Assembly: GCF_018977255.1 (NCBI RefSeq)
Contig: NW_024704742.1
Coordinates: 76,572,001-76,636,000, forward strand
Origin: Callorhinchus milii
Taxonomy: Eukaryota
Direction: 5' to 3'
Length of the DNA: 64,000 nucleotides
Part shown: piece by piece, positions 45,120 to 58,679 of the stretch
Position numbering within the stretch: position 1 is the stretch's first letter
Layout: each line of letters begins with the position of its first letter
Made by a program: the position numbers and the translations under genes
Notes under the pieces: model-generated
What the model was told of the DNA's origin: nothing
Seen by the model: the letters and a program-made list of their open reading frames with translations, nothing else
The model's database searches: none

Positions 45120-45665
45120 ATGAAGACTCGTAAAGGACGCAAGCGTGCTCTTGTGTCTGCTGCACGTTCCACTTTAGATGCTCCTCCTGAGACACCATCA
45201 GAAGAGGGACAGGAGGTTACATTGTCCCATCCCATGCTACACCGTGTACATCCATATTCTCGTTCCTCTGAACAAACACATTTCAATAGAGAATCTGAGC
45301 CGAGCAACTGGTCCACTGCAAAGCTCAAGGCAGAACTGACAGCTCTTGGAGTTCAGATCCCTCATGGGTATAAGAAATTGCAGCTGTACACCCTCTTTAT
45401 GAATTCAAGAAATGCCACCACAAATTTTACGCTTGGATCCATGTCAATTGCTAACCAAATTCATTCTCTCGATGCAATTGCTTCCAGGGTCTCGGCACCA
45501 GTTTCAGGCGCCAATAATCTAGTCTCAATTTGTCACCCTGTTGCTAATCTTCCCATGGATTCATCTGCAGATCTCAAATCTTCTGTAAGTTTGCACTGTT
45601 TGGCCTTCTTGCTTTGTTCTGTATCCGTCACTTCTTTGCCTACAGTGACTGAAACCTTCTCATAA
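45120..45665 (+). mobile_element. ORF with LEM-like/HeH motif, resembling the ORF1 (gag) N-terminus of DIRS/Ngaro tyrosine-recombinase retroelements
   Basis: 181-aa ORF with gccATG start, basic N-terminus and WSTAKLKAELTALGVQIPHGYKKLQLYTLF (45309-45398). Family assigned from recalled motif only; no RT or recombinase ORF seen downstream. Confidence 0.5.
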
Positions 45666-46629
45666 TTTGTTGCAGTTACCCATTTTGATTGACTACTATT
45701 TAATCCTTTCCATCTTCACATCCCCATCTATTTTTTTCCTGGGTTGAATTCTCATGCCTTCTTTCAAAAACCCCATTCATTTATTATCTGTTGATGAGTC
45801 TCTTCAGTTTGACAACGTAGGGGTAAAAAATGAAATGTTTCATGTCATAATTAGCAAGTAATATTTGTCACATCTCCAACAAATTGTTGACACAAATCTG
45901 GATTTGACTGCTGATAAGTTGGAGAATGAACCCTTGCTCCCCACCCTGAGCTTGGAACAATATTTCAGTCCAAGGATTTCCCTTTCTGATTGTAGACAGT
46001 GGTGATTCAATGCAGCTGAACAAAGAATACCCATACCTACCTAAACAAAAGCTAATACTATGGAGCACCATTCAGATAATTGGCTCTAGGATTGAGAAGA
46101 AGATTTGAGGTCGCCTACTGCTAAAAGGCTGTCTAATGTAGCACTGGGAAATTTTAAAGGCAGGCTTCGGATCAAGCCAACATGCAGAAGTCAGGCGGGT
46201 GCGTACTCACTCTCCAACCTGTCAATAACTACAGTCAGGTTTGGGCTGCAGTTTTAGTGCTGTGATTATTATCACTAGTTATAATTACGGCATTGAATGC
46301 TGCATTTCGCAGCCTAGCATCAAACATTGCACATTGACCAGTAGATAAAGGGAGCTAAGTATCTCAAGGTTCACAGCACATTACATTATGAATGTACCAA
46401 TCAGGTATGTCTCTGTTTCATTTGATAGTATAATCGGTTACCACATCTTTAAAATAATAATTATTAGAAAAATAATCCTTGCATTTGGTGTAGCGTCTTT
46501 CACATATAAGTTCACAGAAATGTTAGTACTGTGTATAAAAATTGTGCTTTTTCAATCTGAAGCCATTTCACACCACTTCAACAAGCGCAACAAAGTGCTG
46601 ATTCCTACCTACATGTGACATGGTTTTAA

Positions 46630-47500
46630 AAGAGTAATGGATGATACACAAATATGAACTCCAGTAGCAGATGGTATGCAGAGGCAAGAGGTGGCTAACC
46701 TCAGGGGTCAAGATCACAAAATTCCAATAGTCTTTTTGGGACCACCGACAACATTTCCTAGATCAGACAAAGGAGGAATGCATGGCTGTAAGTAAAGCAT
46801 CTGGCACATGTTGCCATTGCCCACAGCCTGTCCTTCATGGAGAGCAGGATGACGTTCAACGAGCTGATGGCAAATGTAAAGGTAAGATGAGCAAAATGAT
46901 GTACAAGGCATTGTGTTCTATCACACCCACATTTTGCATATGTCTTCACACATGGGGGCCAGCATAGTGGAGAAATTAATGTCTTTCTTGCATGCTTTCT
47001 TCACAGAGGAAGATGGTGCATATCCACAGCTAACATAGGGGGGCAGGTGGATGGCAGCTCCAGTACAACAACTGTCAAAGCGCAGGTCATAACTTGGCTC
47101 ATCTCCAAAGAGGGAGAGGAGGACATTGGGAAACTAGGAGCTGGGTCAACCCCTGTACCATGTTCCTAATGAGAATTGTGATTAAAGTTGAAGTCGTTGC
47201 CTCACTTCCATAATGTACCTCAAAAGGGTTATCTCTGAATTGTTAATCAAACTTTCCCATATGCTCTCATTTCCACTGCCATCGGCAGTTTGTGAGAAGG
47301 CTTCTATCTGTATTTAGGCAGCAACTTCTTCATGGAGGATGTCACAGCCACCATTGTTCTCCAGAAGAAGGAAAAAGATGAAGAAGGAGATGTTGATGAA
47401 GAGGAGGGAAGAGGCAAGTGGGAGGCCTAGGGGAACAATGAATGGCTGACAACCTCCTTCTCCTTGCAAAAGCTCAGGCTTTTGTATGACATTCTAACTC
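46630..47500 (-). mobile_element. Possible decayed hAT (ZBED-like) transposase fossil
   Basis: Collinear fragments: Ser-rich insert, MPC/FAHL, WAMATCARCFTYSH, LPLHTICYWSS, resembling CxAH…TRWNS. Confidence 0.3.
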
Positions 47501-48534
47501 TGCAATAAGCAATACATGCTTCCTGCACAATCATTGACAATTCAGATCAAAGCATCTAACAGGGAAAAATGGACAATGGGACAGCACATGATAGAGGACA
47601 AACTATGGCAGAGGTCGGGATGAAAAGGGGCAGCAATTGCAACTACACAGCGAGGCACGTTCATAAGGCCGTGTCACACAATTTAGTTGCATTGTGTTCC
47701 TGGGGTATCACAAGGATGGACCCTGTCACCATTGACCTGCGCCCTGTCCTCCTACCACTTTACCCTGGACACACACAGCATCGGGTCCCACTCACTTTCC
47801 CTCTTACACAGGTATGGAATGCACTGAGTAGGGCTAATCATCCATTGAAAGCTAGGAAATAGACTACATTGGCACTGGTGACAAGCAAGTTGTCAAAGAT
47901 GTACGTATTGCAAATACTTTTGTTTTTATGCTTTTATTTCAATTATTACAATGATTTTCAAAACTAGCTGTTGTCCCTTGGTCATTCATTTGTTTGGGAC
48001 AGAGATATTTCTTGAAAGTTCTTGGATTCACCAGCAACACATTTAATTTATAGGGTTCTGTGGAGATGGATATATACATTTTTGTTGTTGCTGGAAACAT
48101 TTCTGACTTACAGACATTCCATCCTAAACTTGTACAAACCTAAGACCCTTTTAAATGGTTTTGACAGAGCTACACTATCTTCAAAAAACAAGCACTATTG
48201 TTCTGGCCAACAATCCCCTAAATAAAATCGATCACTCACTCCATGGCTGTTTGTGGAACACTGCTGAACATAAATTGGCTGTTACGTTCATCCACAAAAT
48301 ACACACAGTCACATCACTCTGCAGTAAAATCCTGTGAAGCACTTTGCTAATTTCATGTATGTACTGTGTGATGAGCTCAGTCTCCATTTATAATGGTGGC
48401 AATTATTGTTCTTGAAACCATAGTTTCTATTGTACATAGAATAGTGCTATAAAATAATTGCTGTTACAGGCTGACTAAACAGTACAGTTATGATACTAAT
48501 CCTTGTGTTTTGTATTGTGCCATATCATATCGTC

Positions 48535-49030
48535 GAAGCATCTCAAAGCGTTTCACAGGATTTTACTGTAAAGTGCAGTGACTGTGTATTTAGAGGTAAA
48601 CGTTAGAAGAAAACATCATGATGGATCAGATCAAAATCTGAGAAATACAGACAAGATAACAATATAAACCTAAGCAAATGCAGCAAGAATTGTGTTTCAA
48701 GCATATGGCCTCTCTGATGTGATTAACTGACTATTTGGCTTGAGTCCAATAAATATTTTCACTAACCATGACCAAATCCTTTTGTGATTAGTAAATATGT
48801 AATGTTATATGTGTACTGCATTACGCATGTTATCACCTTGAATGCTTTAAAACAATTGAGGGGTGGGGGTGAAATTCTATGTCAGTCTGTATCAATTGTT
48901 AGCATTTTTGTCTCGGAGTCAGAAGGTTGTGAGTTCAAGCCTCACATGGAACTTCGACCTCATGGACAAGGCTGACACTCCATTGCAGTTCTGGGGGAGT
49001 GTTGGATTGTCAGAATTGCTATTCTCACCT
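48535..49030 (+). repeat. Local duplication unit; second copy at about 52937-53370 continuing 54885-55000
   Basis: Collinear SINE remnant, unique core, SINE head in both copies; core 48665-48745 vs 53091-53171 differs at 6 of 81 positions. Confidence 0.85.
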
Positions 49031-49539
49031 GAAGAGCATACATACACCATTCCAGCAAAAATCCGGATTATTGAACAGGGAAATTCTAGCTGATTTTTCC
49101 CATAAATGACCTGAGACCTCTGAGATTACTTGTGCAACTCTAGACAAAGCTTATTCAATTTGATTAACAATTAATAATTTAACCGTTAACAATTTAATAT
49201 TTTCTCAAAAGGAGCGCTATCACGAGCAAAGCTGACGAGCCGCCATTCGTCTCATTCTAGAATGTATCACTATATTAATGACACCATTATAAGTGAGTTA
49301 TATTGATAACTAAAGTAGTTTATTAAGTACACACTTAGCAGTAAATCCGTTCTCCTAACACGTACTCCCGATGTGAAAGGCACTGTATTAAATGCAAGGA
49401 TTATGTATCTCAAAGCGCTTCATACGTAATTGCTGTTAAGTTTAGTCACTCGCAGTAGTAGGCAAACACAACAGCTTACACCCAGCAATGTTCCACATAC
49501 AGTCATGGAAATTTTTTTGTAAGGGTCAACCAGGTGTCT

Positions 49540-50030
49540 GACACATGCCCATCACTATGGTTAAGAGTATCCAAACCAAACTGAGAATTCCATGCTTCCC
49601 ACCTACACATGGAAATTCTGAAGATAGATTGTTGGAATGGAACGCGCACTCTCTTCCTGGAGGGAATACTTTCAGGAACCTGCGTCTAATACTTTCCAGA
49701 AGGATTTTTCAATCCTTCTGGAAAGTATTAGACACAGGTTGGCTAGAGCCACAGCTTGACGACTCCAGATTGTGCGTTGGGGTACCTCTGTAGTCTAACC
49801 AGCCGTTGTAACTGCATAGCTTGCCATTGAGAACACTGCTGCTTGTCCAGCTAGGACAACCCTGCCCATTAGGACTTTGGTTTGCAGGGTGAACAGGAGC
49901 TAAGTGGGATGATTCCCTGCCCCAATGACTGGTCTGCCCTTCCAAGTCCTGCCAATGAGCCAGTGCTGTGCTGTCAGCTGTCACAGCTGTACTGTGCTGT
50001 CATCAGCAGTGCCTGAAATACTGCAGACCC
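49540..50030 (+). repeat. Unclassified old dispersed repeat (copies at about 9128-9590 +, 21780-21910 -, 26185-26405 -, 38525-38940 -, 57100-57210 +)
   Basis: Shared blocks catgcttaagagtatcca.accag/aactgaga.ttccatgc…cacctacacatggaaa and tgactggtctgccctt.caag..ctg..atgag…catcagcagtg. Confidence 0.7.
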
Positions 50031-51884
50031 GCAGACAGTTTGAATGCAGATGTGCAGAGATAGCTCATTTCACTCTGGGTAGATTTATCTTAAATCTAAC
50101 TTAATGGTACATACAGGATAGTTAATACAGAATGTATTAATTTTAATGCAACTGAATAATGGAGACATTCATAATTTCTATAAATGGCTCTTCTACAGAA
50201 AATAGTGTGGAAACAATTAAATACTTTAGTTGATTTTATGACTCCATTAGGCAATGCTGGTAAAAAAATATTGTACTGAGAATTAAGGTCCAAATACAAC
50301 TGGGACCAGAAAATTTACAAGATCATAAGACTAGTTTGGATAAAAAGGCACTTTGGTCATCTGATCTCATTCTTCCAAAATGCCTTCTGTCTTCCCATCA
50401 CATTATCAAGCTTTTTTTCTAACTGATTTGAATGTCTAGGCCTTAACCACCCTTCTTGACAAGCCATTCCAGTCATTAAGTTTCCCTTTGGTTAAATTGC
50501 CTTACAACTCGAAACCTATGTCTCTTGTTTTACTATCTTGTGCACTCTAAAGTATTGATGAAGGTTTAGTTTCATAATCCCATCTAACATTTTATACACT
50601 GGTATAAGGTTCCTCTGAAACATCTCCTTTTCAGATTGATGAGCCCCAGCTTGTCTAATCATTGCTCATAGTCAATGCTCTAACACTGAGGATAATCTTT
50701 ATTGCTCTCCTCTGCACTGCACTAACCCTTTTGATGCAACATTCAGAACTGTATGCTAGGTGTAGGCTGACCAGAGCACCATATACCTTCTGTGTGACAC
50801 TGGGGAACTGGCAATATAACTTGCCTTGTTTATTGCTGCCTCACACTGTTTGACACGGTGAATAATTGTTTCAGAAAAGTTGAGTAAATTCACTCAACTC
50901 CACTGCATTCTTAAGACTGTTGAGTCTTTTTTCACCACAGATAGGAATTGTATCGTAAATGACCTTTAACTGTAGTTCTCCATCTCTTGCAGATTGAATT
51001 GAATGAGCAAAGCACCACATCACCTTACACTGATCGTCAACAATAAGGTTGCCCACCTCTTTTTCTGAGATATCTGATGCAAAATGTATCTACCATAAAT
51101 GCATTAAAATGCTTTTATGCAACACCAAAACTAAATCAGGAACGGATATTTTTAAATATAGTTTATTCTTTGTGTAAAAACCCAAGGTGTGTTTGAATTA
51201 GAGCGCTGGGTTACATGCCTCCTCTATAAAATCAGTATCTTGACATGGTTAGTAAAGGAACTTAAGGAATATTACCTAGAAAGGAAAGACAAAAATTGAA
51301 ATGTTCCCCTGCCCTGTTCCCAACCAAAACTATAAAAATGTCTGGAGGGAGTTATTTTGGTTTTGTCAACAACATAAAGACAGCTTACTATGGCAGGAAT
51401 CACAATATTATGTCAAACTGACCAGCTGCTAGCATTCTCACCTCACACTCAGCAGGCTGTGGGTTCAAGCCCCACATAAGGACTTGAGCTCACAGTCTGG
51501 GTTGACAATCCAATAAAGTGCAGAGGGAGCATTGCATCAGCAATCCAAAATTCCTTCTGCCTGTTTAGATGGATGCTAAAGATCCCATGGCACTATTCAA
51601 AAAGAAAAGGGAGTTTCTCCTGATGTCCTGGACAACAATCCTCCAGGTAAAATCAGTCATTAACTCCTTGGCTGTTAGTGGAACATTGATGTGTGTAAAT
51701 TGATTGCTGCATTTGGATACAAAATATACAGTCACTACACTTTGCAATACAAATTCTGTTGAGTGCTTTCAGACATCCCAACAATGAGATAAGGCGGAAT
51801 TTCAAAATATAAATTTTATTATTGCTGGGGCAGGAATCACATTAGGAATAATAGTAATAATAATCATCCTTACCTTTAGTGTAA

Positions 51885-52322
51885 CAACAAGAAGATCACA
51901 TTTGTATAGCGCCTTTCACATCGGGAGGACATCCCAAGGCGCTGGACATTTCAGTCCCAAGCTGGGGTCAAGAGGGGAAGGGAGGGGAGGGGAAGGGGGA
52001 TGGCCGATGGGATGGTCAAAGAGGAGGGTCTTGAAGTGGGACTTGAAGGAGGCTAAGGAGGGGCGAGGCAGAGTGACTGGGGGATGGAATTCCAGAGGTT
52101 GGGGGCAGAGTGGCTGAAGGCTCTCCTCCAATGGTGGGGCGGGTGGGTCGGGGGACGTGGAGCAGGCCGGAGCCGGCTGAACGGAGGGAACGGGCGGGTT
52201 GGTGGGGGGTTAGGAGGTCGCAGAGGTAGGGTGGGGCGAGGCAATGGAGGGCTTTGTATGTGAGGACCAGGATCTTGAACTGGATCCTCTGAAGGATAGG
52301 GAGCCAATGGAGTCGGGTGAGA
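51885..52322 (-). mobile_element. L2 LINE 3' fragment
   Basis: LHWLPILQRIQFK…; 3' tail. Confidence 0.88.
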
Positions 52323-53370
52323 GAGAGCAAAGACATCTTTCATATCAGGAGGATGTCTTGAAGCACTTCACAAGACATACTATAAAGTCTGTGTTTTTAT
52401 GGGCAAATGGAATCAGAATACTGTGGCAGGAGTCGCAATATTTTATAACCAGAATCCATAATAAAGTAGGATTCACAATATTATAGCAGGAATTACAATA
52501 CTAGGACAGGAATAATAATTGAAATATTTCCAATACACAGAACTGAAGCAGCACCACATTCATTCATGCTTTGACAAAATAACTTCATTTATTTATTTCC
52601 ACATTACTATGCTCGGTGCTGATGTGATTTCTCCGAATTTATCTCAAGCATTTTGAAAATTTGAACAGTCTCTGGAAATTAGAAATCATCCATAGGAAAT
52701 TTGTGAACTGCGCATGGTAATGTGACAGCAATGCTACTTACACACAGAATGTCAGGCATCCAGGTTCATAATTGTTCTCAGTATATTGGGAAGAAAAATC
52801 TTTAAGTGAAGTCCACAGTAAATCATGTCCCACATTCTGTGTGTTAATTGATACCTTTTCTGGGCTGTTAACCCAGACCTGGGCTGACTTCAAAATTGTG
52901 GAATATTATTCTCTGTCATTTAAACTTTCCTTTCGTCAAAGCATCTTAAAGTGCTTCACAGGATTTTACTGTAAAGTGTAGTGACTGTTTATTTGAAGGC
53001 AAATGTTAGAAGTTCTTATTAAACTCAAATTAGAGGTATAAGAGAGCAAAACAATGAGTCAGTTCAGTATGTGAAAGACAGACAATGCATTAAACCTAAG
53101 CAAATGCAGCAGGAGTTGTGTTTCCAGCATATGGCCTCTCTGATATGATTAATTGATTATTTGGCTTGAGTTGAGTCCAGCTGCTCAATAACCATCACCA
53201 AATGCTTTTTCGATCAATGAAGATGTAAATATAATATCAATATATGCTCCATACATATAATCATATTCAAAGCCCATATAATCACCTGAACAACTCCTTG
53301 AAGACTTTCAAACAATGGGGGTTGAATGTCTGTGTCAGTTTTCTTCAGTTTGTGGCATCTTATCTCTGAA

Positions 53371-54880
53371 ACAATAACAACAAGAAGATTTCATTTATAG
53401 AGCGCCTTTCACGTCTGGAGGACGTCCCAAGGCGCTGTACAGTTGGGTCGGGACCTGAGCAGAGGGGAAATGATCAGGGTGAGGGGATGGAAGGGAGGGA
53501 GCGAGGAGGGGGTAGAGAGTCGAGAGAGGAGCTGAAGGCACGGTCGAAGAGAAAGGTCTTGAGACCGGCCTTGAGGAGGAAAGGGAGGAGGCGGCGAAAG
53601 CACTGGGGGATAGAGTTCCAGAACCTAGGAGCTGAGAGGCTGAAGGCCCGGCCACCGATGGTAGGGTGGTTAGGGCGGGGAATGTGGAGCAGACCGGAGC
53701 CAGAGGAACAGAGGGTACAGGCGGGTAAGTAGGGGATAGTAGGTTGGAGAGGTAGGAGGGAGCAAAGCCATGAATGGCCTTGTAGGTGAGGATGAGGATC
53801 TTGAATTCGATCCTCTGGGGGATGGGGAGCCAGTGGAGACGAGCGAGGGTGGGAGTGATGTGGTCGCGAAGCCTGGTGCGGGACAGTACACGAGCTGCAG
53901 AGTTCTGAATGACCTGCAGCTTGTGGAGGGAGGTGCTGGGATGGCCGGCGAGGAGAGAGTTCCCGTAGTCCAGCCTTGAGGTGATAAAGGCATGGACCAG
54001 AGTTTCAGCAGCGTGAGGGGTGAGGTAGTGCCGTAGTCTGGCGATATTCTGGAGGTTATGAAAGGCAGTGCCAGTTGTGGCGCGGATATGAGAAAGAAAG
54101 GACAGCTCAGGGTCGAACAGAACACCAAGGTTCCTGACTGGCTTTGAGAGGTGGAGAGTGCAGCCTTGGATGCTGATGCTGTCAGCGCCTGAAGTGCGGA
54201 GGCGCTGACGTGAGCCAATCAGGAGGGCCTCAGTTTTGCGCCCGTTGAGCTGGTTAACTTCCACATGTATGCGGATGATGTCACCAAGGGGGAGCATATA
54301 GAGGGTGAAGAGGAGGGGACCGAGGACAGAGCCCTGAGGGACACTGCACGAGACAGTGCGGGGGCTGGAGGAAAAGCCGTTTGTGGAAACAAAATGAAGA
54401 CGATGGGAGAGGTACGACCTAAACTACTCAAGGATAGGGCCTTGAAGGTTGAGGTGGGAGGACAAGCGGTGGAGGAGGATAGAGTGGTCGACCGTATCGA
54501 ATGCGGCCGATAGGTCGAGGAGGATGAGGAGGCAGAGGGAGCCCTGGTCACAGATGGTCAGGATGTCATTGGTGACCTTGACCAGGGCGGTTTCTGTGCT
54601 ATGGGCAGCACAGAAACCCGACTGAAGGGGTTTGAATAATGAATGGGTGGAGAGGAAAGAGCGCAGCTGGGAGGTGACGACTCTTTCAGGGACCTTGGAC
54701 CAGAAGGGGAGGTTGGAGATGGGCCGGTAGCTTGATAGCTGCGACGCATCAAGGGAGGGTTTTTTCAAAGTGGGAGTGATGGTGGCAGTTTTTAGGGGAA
54801 TGGGAACAGAGCCAGAGGAGAGGGACAGGTTGGTGATGTCTGTGAGAAGTGGGGCAAGGAGGTGGAGCTGGGAGATAAGG
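53371..54880 (-). mobile_element. L2 LINE, 1.5 kb, with apparent GAAACA target-site duplication
   Basis: [36 protein letters not shown]; gaaaca on both flanks; interrupts an older SINE. Confidence 0.93.
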
Positions 54881-56649
54881 AAACAGAGAGTTATGGATTC
54901 AAGCTCCACAAAGGACCTTGAGTTTATAGTCTAGACTCAGACTGCAGTGCTGGGGGAGCACTGCATTATTGGCTTTCATTTAGATGTTTAACTAAGGTAT
55001 ACTCTTTCTGTTCAATTGAATGATGAAGATCCCATGAGACTATTCACAAAGAAAACGAGAAGGGAGGTTTTCCTGGTATCTTGGCTAACAATGCCTCATC
55101 TAAAATTGGTCATTAACTTCTTGGCTATTTGTTATGTACAAATTGGCTGTTGTGGTTGCTACAAATATAATCACTATACTTTACAGTCAATCCTGTCAAA
55201 TTGGCCATGTTATTGGAGAGTAAATAATAATAATAATTGTTGCATTTGATATTGCGCCTTATCATGTCATCGAAACATTTCAAAGAGCTCCACAGGATAT
55301 TCCATTAAGTGGATTGATTATGTATTTTGTGGGCGAATCACGGCAGCCAGTTTGGGTCAGTTTATTATTATCTTAAAAATCGTAGGCACAGGCATGGTGG
55401 AATCTGTAGTCCTAGAGAAAGAACTTGAGTGTCGAAGCTGCTGACCTAATGCAATCAATATCCTCTTCACCTGCACTTAAACACCAATTCCTGCGATCAG
55501 TGAAGATTTTAAGTATGGGTTGCCCAAGTTGATTCCATCATTTTGCAAAGTCTATGTGGGTGAGAAAGAATCTTAGGACCAGGAGGTCACAGATTTCACC
55601 AGATAACAACAACAAGATTACATTTGTATAGCGCCTTTCACATTGGGAGGACGTCCCAAGGCGCTGGACAGTGTACAGCATTTCAGTGACATTCTGTTTA
55701 TAAATCTAGTTTTTATTTACATTATTTCTTATTTTTTTTTAACAAGAAATCTGAGTCACTCCAAATAACCAAAGATACATCATGCAAATTCTACTCAACA
55801 TAGTCGACTTCACAGAGTTTCTGCAGGTAAAAGCAGATTCTACCTGGATTCCTTTATCAAGGGGTCACTTCAACAACAACAACAAGATTACATTTGTATA
55901 GTGCCTTTAACGTCGGGAGGACGTCCCAACAAATACTGCATTGCAAATCAGACCCCACAAAACATTTTAACATTAAAATTTGGATAAATAAAATAGAGGT
56001 GTTTGTGTTGAAATGCCTTGAAGAGACACTTAAAATGGGGTTGAATAGAACAACACTAAGAATCCTTATATTTGGTAAAGAGCCTTTCACATCAGGGGGA
56101 CATCCCAAATTGCTTCACAGGATATACCTTAAAGTTCAGGAACTGTGTGTTTTTGTTGGGAAAGATGGAATGAATAAAGATATATATCACATTAGTCCCA
56201 CAAAGGGGGGCAATCTGAGTTCATTTGCTGAGTCCAAAAAGTTTGTCAGTTTAATTGAAAAATTCTGTTCCATGTATACGTCAGCACATTTATTATAGCT
56301 AGTTAACAGAGAAGAATATCCCCCATAGTCTTTCAGCAGCACAATTAGAAAATTGTGAGCTCTTATCAGTACTTTCAATTTGGCATTGTACAAAATACTG
56401 AAATGTGGTCATTGCTTTTAGTTTTATTGAATGGGTATGTGATAGGTTCTATAATAATATTTGAGAAAATATTGCACAGAAATTTCCCAGATTGTCAACC
56501 AGATAGCCTGAAAGCTTTCAATGGTTCATATAGGAAGTAAGCCCAGTTAATTCTGTAACAGATATGAATGGTTCTATTCCTCAATGCCCCTCACCCGGTC
56601 AAGGCAATAGCAGGCCTTCAGAGCAACGAGCACCGCCCCAGTCTCCTTT

Positions 56650-57065
56650 TATAACAACAACAAATTTACATTTATATTGCACCTTTCACATCAGAAGGAT
56701 GTATCGAGGTGCTGGGCCATCCAGGGTTTGCACCATGCTGAGGGAGCCTGGATGGGCAGAGACAAGGAGGGGGAAAATCTGACTGAGATCGCAGTCAAAG
56801 AGGAAGATCTTAAGGCGTGTCTTAAAGGAAGCAAGGGAAGAGGCAACTCATGAGAGCAGGGACAGATAGACAGAAAGCCTGACTGCCAATTGAGGAATGG
56901 GCTGGCAGGGGTCGTGAAGTAGGCCAGTGCCTACTGAGCACAGGGAGCGGCCAGGTTTTGTATGGTTTGAGAAGGTCGCAGAGATAGGAAGTGTCAAAAT
57001 CATGGAGAGATTCTTAGGATGAGGATCCTGAACTTCATCCATTGGGGGATGGGGAGCCAACAGAA
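56650..57065 (-). mobile_element. Degraded L2 3' fragment
   Basis: Tail and C-terminal similarity to the other copies. Confidence 0.7.
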
Positions 57066-58414
57066 TGAGCAAATTTTTTTTGTGTCAGCCAGATGTCTGA
57101 GACAGGCGGAAACCAGTCACCATGCTTAAGAGTATCCATACCAGACTGAGATTTCCATGCATTCCACCTACACATGGAAATCCCAGAGATAGGTTTTGGA
57201 ATGGAATGCGAAAACTACAATGTCAGTTGATCTGTAATAAGTAACCCCTAGCCTGTCGAGCTTCAGACTGAACCCACATTTAATTCTATAACTGTTCTGA
57301 GTAACCTCACAGTTTACATCCCTCCAAAAAAAACAAGAAGCCATAAAGGATGTGGAAAGGATTGGAAAACATGGCCCACCCTCAGTTGGTTCCCAATATT
57401 AGAGGTTAGAATAGTTAAATGCAGACATAATTCGAGGAGGGTCCAGTGAAGCAGGATAGGGACTGAATAGCAGGAAGGGAAGGTTCTCGGAGGTGCCCCC
57501 CCATAGTCCTGGTCAAGGAGGTGCTGGATCACTGTGAGAAACTTGACAGAGAGGCTGGCCTGGAGCCCAGAGCCAAGTGTGGAGTTCCATTACAGACCGG
57601 GCCAATCCTGCTAGCAGTACCAGTTCATGAGATGTGACTCAATGTTTGTAAATTAGTGTTGGCTGTTCCTTATAACATCTATGTTATTTACATGAGCATT
57701 GTTAGGAGATTTAGGTGGTGTAGGGAAAATAAGACTGAGAGCCAGGAATTTTTATTTAACTGAAGACCTTTATTCTTCCCACAGGGAGAACTCACGGCCA
57801 TTCTCTTGCTTCGTTTTCTCCAGGTTCACTTTCCGGCTGGCACCAACTTTAACGATAAGGTGGCCACTGACTTCCGCCAGCTAAGAGCACCTCCTCAGAA
57901 CTCTGTGGTCAGATGGCAGTGGTCTTCTGCCTTCTTCACATATATTTGGAACTTCCATGCCCCAGTTGGCCGCATTTCGTGGTCTGATCCACAAACAGGG
58001 TACAGAATATTGCATATTAGAATGTAAGAACATAAGAATCTACCCAGTTATGGACCCATAAGGTCAGCCCAGTTTGCCTTCCACCAACCTGGCAGTCGGA
58101 TGACATGTTGTGTTCCAACTATATATTATATCCCGAGATATTATTCCCTAACAGAAATCTATTTAATTTGTTCCTGAAAGAATCAACACTTTCTGCTTCC
58201 ACATCTCCCTCGGGAGCCTGTTCCATATGTTTATAACTTCTCATTATTTTCTCCATTATAAATATCCAAACTTGACAGGGCAGCACTTGCTATTCTCCAG
58301 CTAGCAATTACCTATTTCTTTTTAAATGGAGATTTAGAAAAACAGCAAATTCTAATCACATTTTACAGCAATTACAGTGTGACCTGGAATCTTTGTTTCC
58401 CATTCATAACACAA

Positions 58415-58575
58415 AACACAAAATACTGCAGATGCTGGAATCTGAAACAAAAATAGAGAGAGCTGGGAAAACTCAGCAGGTCAGGCAGCATCTATGGAGA
58501 AAGGAAAGTGAGTCAACGTTTCAGGTCCACAACCCTTCGTCTGATGCTGCCTGATCTGCTGAGTTTTCCCAGCTT
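58415..58575 (-). mobile_element. Penelope-like palindromic terminal repeat remnant
   Basis: Same family as 42221-42342; 31-bp inverted repeat 58461-58491 / 58543-58573 with one mismatch. Confidence 0.6.
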
Positions 58576-58679
58576 TTCCCATCCATAACACAGCAGCTAT
58601 CAATTCCCTGCTGCTGTCTGCTTTGCAGTAACATGATGTTGAGCTGCATTTCTTCACAGGGGCCTTGTTTAAAGAGTAC

